A stretch of 11,261 nt of DNA from positions 1 to 11,261 of the forward strand of contig JAWBRA010000043.1 of NCBI GenBank assembly GCA_038844785.1, written 5' to 3'. Made by a program: the position numbers and the translations under genes. The DNA comes from Candidatus Caldarchaeum sp. (GTDB lineage Archaea > Thermoproteota > Nitrososphaeria_A > Caldarchaeales > Caldarchaeaceae). The notes below the pieces were generated by a model. That model saw only the letters and a list, made by a program, of their open reading frames with translations, was not told the DNA's origin and did no database searches. Position 1 is the first letter of the stretch, and each line of letters starts with the position of its first letter. Positions 1 to 5,813 of this stretch are shown here, one piece after another.

Positions 1-1
1 C

Positions 2-601
2 CGTATCGACCTCTTCGTGAGAAGGCTTAGAGTGTTTACACTTTCTCCTATCATGCTTAGGGGACAAGACTTCCGAAACATCTTCGACTTCCTAATTCTA
101 ACATACAACAATGTATGCAGCGGTGACCTCGTTCGCGACCTTCTGAGAAGCATAGCTGAAGACCAAAGGCGAGGGCTGTTGGATAGTTTATTGGCGAGGA
201 TTCGTAGAGCTGTTTTAATTCTTCTCCGAAACCATTATCAGAGTGATGACCTTTACCTGAGTCTTTTTGAGGGATACTGGTTTATGATGACGCATGCCTA
301 CCTTGTTCGTCTCTGGAGCTTTTGCAGGTTTAACAGAATGGCTTTACATACTATTGTTCGGTTCGGTGCTTTGGTGACCTCAGGCTGGTTTGGATGGTTA
401 AATACATTAATCATTGGGATGATTCTGTCATCGGCTGTTTTTCTGTTGCTCAACCTGTTTGGGGTCGCGATACAAGGATTGTTGTTGACCGTGTTTGTGC
501 TGGCGTCTGCAGGCTTTCTTATACTCGTTGCTCTTCCAAAGCTCATTGACCGGTTCAGAGACTTGAGCCGAATGTTGTTGCGACGCGTGTTTGGGAGATG
601 A
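2..601 (+). CDS. Hypothetical membrane protein, probably 5'-truncated by the window edge
   Basis: The frame is open from position 2 (CGT ATC GAC CTC TTC GTG), so the GTG at 17 need not be the start. About two C-terminal hydrophobic helices (WLNTLIIGMILSSAVFLLLNLFG; LLLTVFVLASAGFLILVALP) are followed by an Arg-rich tail. No family recognised. Confidence 0.6.
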   Translation, partial: RIDLFVRRLRVFTLSPIMLRGQDFRNIFDFLILTYNNVCSGDLVRDLLRSIAEDQRRGLLDSLLARIRRAVLILLRNHYQSDDLYLSLFEGYWFMMTHAYLVRLWSFCRFNRMALHTIVRFGALVTSGWFGWLNTLIIGMILSSAVFLLLNLFGVAIQGLLLTVFVLASAGFLILVALPKLIDRFRDLSRMLLRRVFGR

Positions 602-622
602 TGCCGCGCAGTGTTTCGTGGC

Positions 623-632
623 TATATTTAAG
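623..632 (+). promoter_or_regulatory. Candidate archaeal TATA box (TATATTTAAG)
   Basis: AT-rich TATA-like element in the 602-781 intergenic region; it would place a transcription start near 650-655. Confidence 0.4.
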
Positions 633-670
633 GCTGGTTCCTCGTAGGTAGCGATGGGCTTTAACTTTTC

Positions 671-724
671 CGCCTAACAAGTTGATGAGGTAGACTAGTC
701 CCCACCTAGCGGTTTTGTTAGGCG
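671..724. repeat. Inverted repeat / stem-loop
   Basis: CGCCTAACAA (671-680) is the exact reverse complement of TTGTTAGGCG (715-724). It encloses AGGT (688-691)/ACCT (704-707) and the palindrome GACTAGTC (693-700). Confidence 0.7.
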
Positions 725-781
725 CTGTTCGACTCTTTGGGCTTTTGAGCAGGCTTTTACCGTAATGTCCTCGAGGACTGA

Positions 782-1984
782 ATGGATCCGATAGCTACGC
801 TGGCCGCCTTCATGGACATGCTGTACATAGTGATGCTGGCGCAGGCTGTTGTTATGCATGCAGTTGGCAGACATGAAAAATGTAAGAGAAACATGTTCGT
901 TGTAGCGATGTTAGGCTCAATGGTTTTAATGACAGTAACGGCGAAGGCGGGCGGAGAGCTGGCGCTTGTTCTTCAACCATTGCAGACGATTTCGTTGTTG
1001 TCGATGGTTTTAGGCGGTTTATACGTTCTGGCGTCATTGTTGAAAACCGCTAACGATAGAGCAGTTCAGAACATTAAGGCGGAGACCGAGTCAACAGAAA
1101 TCGAGAACAAGCACCCTGCCTCATCAGCACCTAGGTCAATAACTCAATTAGAGAGCACAGGGGAACAGATAAGCGCTCAAAGATACCAAGCCCTTTACAC
1201 TGTTTCCCAAAAATCTTTAGCGGCGTCTTGGCGACCTGCGTCAGCGGCTGGACAGCTTGACTGCGGCTTGTATAAGGCAGGGCAATCAGCGGCAACGTCC
1301 GTATCATCTAAACGGCGGTTAGACAAGAAACCGGGCGGCGGTGGAGAGGTTGCACGGATAGAACAAGATTGTTCAAAGATTCTAACAATTCCTATGACCA
1401 CTACAACGGGATCATGTTTGTCCGCTTCCGTCTCGACAAACACGCCACAAACGTCGGCAGCCGTGGAAAAGATGCATGTTGAACAACAGACCGGTCAGAA
1501 AGCACAGTTCAGCGACCAGAAGAGTTTTGAGAAGGTTATGAGGTGGTTGAGTAGACAACGGAGGCTGAAACAGTTTGGCAAGGGACGGCCATACATACGT
1601 AGGGTCCGCAACGTTGTCAGGGACAGGTATTACACGTTAGAGATATGCAGGCTTGTGGCAAGAATAATGAAACAAGGCTTCAAGCACGAGGGTAAGACAT
1701 ACCAGCACAACAGGTTCCACCTTTTAGCGTCAGACCTCGACATTGTCTGGCGTATCAGTAAAGACGCAGACCCTCCACCCATGACTGAGAGACAGAGGAG
1801 ACGGCTGATGAAGATGAAGCTCATCGAGATGAGGACTGACCTTAAGACGGGGAAGATCAGGCCATTTCCCACCGAAAGATGTATGGCAGTCAAACAGGCG
1901 ATCTACATCGCGGCCATGACGATAATCGAGAAGCAGCTCCAAAGACAGGGAAAAAGACAGCTAAACGAACATGAAGCAAATTAA
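782..1984 (+). CDS. Hypothetical protein: ~3 N-terminal TM helices, S/T/A/Q-rich linker, basic C-terminal domain (possible winged helix)
   Basis: 400-aa ORF with GAGGA at 773-777 before the ATG. Three hydrophobic segments lie in the first ~88 aa. The C-terminal RRLMKMKLIEMRTDLKTGKIRPFPTERC resembles the helix-wing end of a wHTH (inference). Confidence 0.65.
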   Translation: MDPIATLAAFMDMLYIVMLAQAVVMHAVGRHEKCKRNMFVVAMLGSMVLMTVTAKAGGELALVLQPLQTISLLSMVLGGLYVLASLLKTANDRAVQNIKAETESTEIENKHPASSAPRSITQLESTGEQISAQRYQALYTVSQKSLAASWRPASAAGQLDCGLYKAGQSAATSVSSKRRLDKKPGGGGEVARIEQDCSKILTIPMTTTTGSCLSASVSTNTPQTSAAVEKMHVEQQTGQKAQFSDQKSFEKVMRWLSRQRRLKQFGKGRPYIRRVRNVVRDRYYTLEICRLVARIMKQGFKHEGKTYQHNRFHLLASDLDIVWRISKDADPPPMTERQRRRLMKMKLIEMRTDLKTGKIRPFPTERCMAVKQAIYIAAMTIIEKQLQRQGKRQLNEHEAN

Positions 1985-2170
1985 CGAGGTGAAAGAGAAG
2001 TGTAAAACATCGCCACAGGCTTTAGCATGGACTGGTGGTGACGGGACGGGGGTAGACGAGAAAAACAACACCAGACAAAACATGACAACAACCAGCCCAG
2101 CCCGACAACCAAACCACCCACCACTCTTTTTCCCATCGAACCGGGAAACCGCCCAACAACCATACAGCAT

Positions 2171-2408
2171 GGGCGGATGTAAGGTGGGGGTGAAGGCTTG
2201 GGCAAGGCGGCCCCGTGCGGCCATGGCCGCTAGTGCCATCCGCCCGGGCCGCGTAGATGACCCTGCACACAGCCTGGCTGGCCATGGACAGCCGAGCATG
2301 TGCAGGCCCCATCAAACCGCTCCGCTCCCAGCCCCGGGACCTACTCCGGCATGGGGTCGGAGCCCCCCTCAACACAACATGGGGGGCCATGAGGTCCCCG
2401 GAGGTGAT
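2171..2408 (+). ncRNA. Candidate structured non-coding element / 5' leader of the LAGLIDADG gene
   Basis: Consecutive GC-rich stems: 2171-2179/2237-2245, palindrome 2217-2230, 2262-2269/2299-2306 with inner 2276-2280/2289-2293, 2319-2333/2348-2363, 2362-2368/2381-2387, plus long-range 2336-2342/2392-2398. Transcription is not demonstrated. Confidence 0.45.
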
Positions 2409-2417
2409 GGGAGAAAA

Positions 2418-3743
2418 ATGGAGAAAGGTTCGGTGGGTGGCGGCGACATCGGTAAGGATTCGGACAAGACGGTGAGCGAGAAGGTGTTGAAAACGCTTCG
2501 CGAGCTGTTGGAGAAAAACATGGAACAGCTGATGGAGGCTGACAACGAGTTGAGGAAAAAGCTACCGCCGACAAAGCCAACGGGGAGACGACGCGTCACT
2601 TATCCACCGCCATACCTCGGAGCAGCGGCAACACTCTACAGCATGGGTTACAGCATCGCGCAGGTGTGCCAAGCCGTCAACACAGTGGTAGAGCCCCAGC
2701 ACCAAATGGACGAGGAGACGCTGAGGAAAAGGCTCGCCGAAGCAGGGATAAAGATTAGAACACAATCCGAAGCCGTGCGCAGAGCAACACTAAGAGGCCA
2801 GAGAAAACCACCACGCGACACCACTCAAATGGCCATGGCGGCAGCACTGGTTCAGGCGGACGCAGCAATAAGAACCAAAGGCAAAACAATGCTAGAACTA
2901 ATACTCAACACACCCTACGAAGCCTTCGCCAGAACAATAGCCCGACAACTCCAAGAACATGGAACAGTCTCGCTGGGAGCACGCAAATACACCGAAGACT
3001 ACTACGAATGGCAGCTGATAGTAAGGCTAGACCTCAAAGACTGGGGATTCCTCATAGACTGCAAAAAATCTATGAAGGTTCCCGAGTTCGTCAAAACTGA
3101 CGAAGAGCTAAGGGCTTATCTGGCGATGATGATGGCATGCGAAGGATACATAACATGGCAGGCCGTGAACACGCGAAGAACCGAGAATCCGTCGACAATG
3201 TTCACCGTTGTCGTTCTCACAAACACCAACGAGGAGCTTGTATGCAAAATAGAAGACACGTTGAGAAAACGCGGCTATCAACTTTCGAAGGTTCCGCACA
3301 CAAAAGCAGGACACGAACACATGGATAGCTTCGGACGAAAATACACGGCGAGGCAGACAGGCTATAGACTGTCGATTAGCCGCAGAGACGATGTGCAGAG
3401 GTTCTTGGACTGGCTGGGGCCCATACCACACGCAATCAAAGAGGCATACAGGGCTTGGACATTAAGGCTGCTGAGACGAGCAAACGACATGCCAATCAGA
3501 TGGCTTGACGTTAAGCCTTTGAAAGACTGGTTGGACAAACTAAGCGAGCTTTCAGCCACGATGGGTAGAAGACGTGCGCGGATTTTCTTTGAGAAAATTC
3601 AGGAGGAGATGAACAGCGGCAAACGCGTAGACAGAAGGCCGTTAAAGGCCCAGACCGCCCCTTCACCACCTGACACATCTCTCCTATCAGTTAAACCCGT
3701 ATCCAAGGAGGTGATTGATCCAATGTCAAGCAGAAAACGGTAG
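2418..3743 (+). CDS. Free-standing HTH + double-motif LAGLIDADG (DOD) homing-endonuclease-like protein
   Basis: HTH-like LYSMGYSIAQVCQAV...DEETLRKRLAEAGIKIR; LAGLIDADG-like helices AMAAALVQADAAI and RAYLAMMMACEGYI; DOD-type blocks LTNTNEELVCKIEDTLRKRG and YRLSISRRDDVQRFLDWLG. Start moved from 1971 to ATG 2418 (441 aa) because of the SD GGAGGTGAT at 2400-2408. Confidence 0.75.
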   Translation: MEKGSVGGGDIGKDSDKTVSEKVLKTLRELLEKNMEQLMEADNELRKKLPPTKPTGRRRVTYPPPYLGAAATLYSMGYSIAQVCQAVNTVVEPQHQMDEETLRKRLAEAGIKIRTQSEAVRRATLRGQRKPPRDTTQMAMAAALVQADAAIRTKGKTMLELILNTPYEAFARTIARQLQEHGTVSLGARKYTEDYYEWQLIVRLDLKDWGFLIDCKKSMKVPEFVKTDEELRAYLAMMMACEGYITWQAVNTRRTENPSTMFTVVVLTNTNEELVCKIEDTLRKRGYQLSKVPHTKAGHEHMDSFGRKYTARQTGYRLSISRRDDVQRFLDWLGPIPHAIKEAYRAWTLRLLRRANDMPIRWLDVKPLKDWLDKLSELSATMGRRRARIFFEKIQEEMNSGKRVDRRPLKAQTAPSPPDTSLLSVKPVSKEVIDPMSSRKR

Positions 3744-4544
3744 ATGGTGGTTAGATTGATTACCAGTTCGCGTACATACATCTTATCCGAGATTGTTGAG
3801 ACATGTAAGAGGCTGAAAAAGTCGGGAGAAGACCTCTTGAGAAACTATTTCCATCTAGGTAGCCTTGTAGACACACTTCACAGCATGGGCTTGTCCTACA
3901 GGATGATTGAGAAAGAGCTTCGGGATAGAGAGTTTAATGAATGGATACCCAAGCATACAACCCTGTTCAACGCTCATAAGTTCTACCTCACTGTGAAAAA
4001 GAAGTTTGACGTCGACATCGAACGCTTCATGGCGGAAAACCCTGAACTGACATGGAGAGAGCTTTCGCACAGGCTTCTTCCAGAATCTAGGCGAAAAAGT
4101 TTGAACAGGACGAGGTGTTCGACGGTCGAACAGGATAAAGCTTATATTAAAGAGTCCAGTATGACCTGCCTTCCCAGCCCTACAAAGACAACTCACGACT
4201 ATAAACCTGATGCTCGCCAGACCGCCTCAGAGGATGAGGATGTGGATGAATGGCTTCCGAAGAAGCCTGCCATGCTTTACGGACGTGCCCTGTATGAAAT
4301 TCTCAGCGACAGGAATGTGTGGAAGGCTATACCATCGAAAAAGCTGTTAGGGCTGCTGTTTAAAGAATACATGTCTTCGAAGGAGGGTGGATCCTATTTA
4401 GTGGTCACCCTGAATCCGCCTTACGGCTATCTCAGAGTTTTCAGATGTCCGAACTGTTTAAATGTCATAAGAGCGGCGGCTGCAGGCGCTCCGGTGGCAT
4501 GTCTTGAATGCGGCTTTCCAAACAAGATAGACATCGATTGCTAA
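3744..4544 (+). CDS. DUF1016 (YhcG) N-terminal-like helical domain plus C-terminal zinc ribbon
   Basis: LLRNYFHLGSLV...IEKELR...TTLFNAHKFY...LTWREL resembles the DUF1016_N pattern (YW.IG / L...L / FY / LSW). C-terminal CPNC-x14-CLEC. Possible alternative start TTG 3756 after GGTGG (3746-3750). Confidence 0.6.
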   Translation: MVVRLITSSRTYILSEIVETCKRLKKSGEDLLRNYFHLGSLVDTLHSMGLSYRMIEKELRDREFNEWIPKHTTLFNAHKFYLTVKKKFDVDIERFMAENPELTWRELSHRLLPESRRKSLNRTRCSTVEQDKAYIKESSMTCLPSPTKTTHDYKPDARQTASEDEDVDEWLPKKPAMLYGRALYEILSDRNVWKAIPSKKLLGLLFKEYMSSKEGGSYLVVTLNPPYGYLRVFRCPNCLNVIRAAAAGAPVACLECGFPNKIDIDC

Positions 4545-4567
4545 TTTTTTCCTGAGAGGTTCAGGAA
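4545..4567 (+). terminator. Candidate terminator: T6 run directly after the stop, overlapping a 7-bp stem
   Basis: TAA is followed by TTTTTT (4545-4550); TTCCTGA-GAGGT-TCAGGAA spans 4549-4567. Oligo-T runs are known archaeal terminators. Confidence 0.4.
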
Positions 4568-4782
4568 TAGGATTGAGGCAGTGTACGGCATATCTTTCGC
4601 TGAATGTGAGAGAGGGACGGGCCGTAAGCTTAAGGATGATTTGTACAAACTACCGCTGACCACAAAACTGCCATTTATACCTATGACATCGGTTGAAACG
4701 GTTGGGCTTCTGTGGTATGAAGAAATTAGCGACTAGATTCCAGAAACGAACCGGGCTGAAGCTCATCTTATGGATGCGGCAA

Positions 4783-5511
4783 TTATAAATGCTTATGACG
4801 GCTGGCGTATTGTTCTAGGTTTAGCTGTTGTATTAGGGTTTCGCGTGATTTGAGCCAGTAGATTCTTTTTTCTTCTGCGTAGACGTAGATGAGTGGTGTT
4901 TTGAGTTTGTCGGCGATGGTGTAGTATGCTATGCCGGCGGGTCTTGTTCCCGACGTGCAGTCCAATATTGTGATGTAGTCTTTGGCTAGGCTTTGTATTC
5001 TGCTGGCCATTTTTTCTAGGACTGCTTCTATGCTGTTCATTTCCGTGATGTTTAGGATGACGAAGTCGAGCTTTGTCCTGAAGTCTGGGTTCATTGTAGG
5101 CATCCATTCATAGATGGCGTCTTCGGTTGTTGCGACCAATATTTTCTCGACATCTATTCCCTGCTGGTGTAGGAGGTCTACCGCTGTCTGTGTCTCGGGT
5201 TCGGTTGGCTGTGCTGGCGGTGGTTTTCCGAGAAGACCTACGTATGCGTAGGGTATGTTTTTGGCTTGTGCAAGGTAGCAGAGGGGTGTTTTGTAAACGA
5301 GCTCCGCAATCCCTGACTGGTATGTTACAAGCCCTTTGCTGGCTAGTGCTGCGAGCCTTCCGGTGAGCGTTGATTTGGCGGCTCCACTTTCTTTTTGGAT
5401 GTCGCTCAGCTTTGCTCTTCCTCCGAGCTGTGCTATGACCCATAGTGTCTGGATGTGGGTTTTCTTGAGTGTGTGGAGGATTGCGGTGAAGTCTAGTATA
5501 TCGCTGCTCAC
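4783..5511 (-). CDS. CRISPR-associated regulator: N-terminal winged HTH + C-terminal CARF domain (Csa3-like role, reversed architecture)
   Basis: wHTH: AKLSDIQKESGAAKSTLTGRLAALASKGLVTY. CARF/Rossmann elements: YVGLLGK, KILVATT, ILDCTSGTRPAGIA, PLIYVYAE. Divergent from the CRISPR leader. Confidence 0.8.
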   Translation of the reverse strand: MSSDILDFTAILHTLKKTHIQTLWVIAQLGGRAKLSDIQKESGAAKSTLTGRLAALASKGLVTYQSGIAELVYKTPLCYLAQAKNIPYAYVGLLGKPPPAQPTEPETQTAVDLLHQQGIDVEKILVATTEDAIYEWMPTMNPDFRTKLDFVILNITEMNSIEAVLEKMASRIQSLAKDYITILDCTSGTRPAGIAYYTIADKLKTPLIYVYAEEKRIYWLKSRETLIQQLNLEQYASRHKHL

Positions 5512-5533
5512 ATGTTGGATGTTATCTGTGGTG

Positions 5534-5548
5534 TGTATATTCTTTTTG
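5534..5548 (-). promoter_or_regulatory. Candidate BRE/TATA for the wHTH-CARF gene (probably leaderless mRNA)
   Basis: The minus strand reads CAAAAAGAATATACA, with the TATA-like part ~23-31 bp upstream of the ATG at 5511. Confidence 0.45.
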
Positions 5549-5687
5549 TGGTCCTGTTTCGTTTCTGGATCGTTTTAGGGCCGGTTGTGTTGGAGAGTAG
5601 GGTGCTTTGCATGTTTTACCGGGTTTTGGGTGTGGATGTTGCTGGCGTTGTGCTGTTTGGCGGTGTTCGGCTTTCTCCAGCCTGTCA

Positions 5688-5813
5688 CGAACGATGTTCG
5701 GCCTCACGGCGCATGCTGTAATGTTTATATACCATGCCCGATTAACTATGTCCGCCGGAGATGCGGCTTGCCAAAACGGCTCAGAAAGCCGTAAAAACGC
5801 GAAACAAGCCGCA
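5688..5813 (+). promoter_or_regulatory. CRISPR leader 1 with TATA box TTTATATA (5724-5731)
   Basis: Aligns without gaps over 90 bp to the leader of array 2. Shared blocks: TTTATATACC, CCCGATTAACTAT, GCCG, GCGGC, AAGCC, AAACAAGCCGCA. Confidence 0.85.

Noticed and set aside
683-781. Box C/D sRNA (TGATGA 683-688, CTGA 778-781)
   Set aside because: The span of ~100 nt is long for an archaeal C/D RNA, no clear D'/C' boxes are present, and box C lacks the leading purine.
2171-2408. SRP RNA, RNase P RNA, tRNA or hammerhead identity for the structured element
   Set aside because: No SRP helix-8 motif, no GAGGAAAGTCC-like RNase P motif, no cloverleaf/T-loop and no CTGANGA...GAAA core were seen.
1971-2417. 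N-terminal 149 aa of the 590-aa ORF
   Set aside because: Pro/Gly/Ala-rich, non-domain-like translation across an A/C tract and hairpins; a strong SD supports ATG 2418 instead. It is not formally excluded, because the frame is open.
1-4782. Defined mobile element or provirus
   Set aside because: No integrase, transposase, terminal repeats, att site or virion gene is recognisable in the window.
5688-5700. Gram-positive LexA (Cheo) box
   Set aside because: The spacing is N3 rather than N4 and the context is archaeal; kept only as a candidate local operator.
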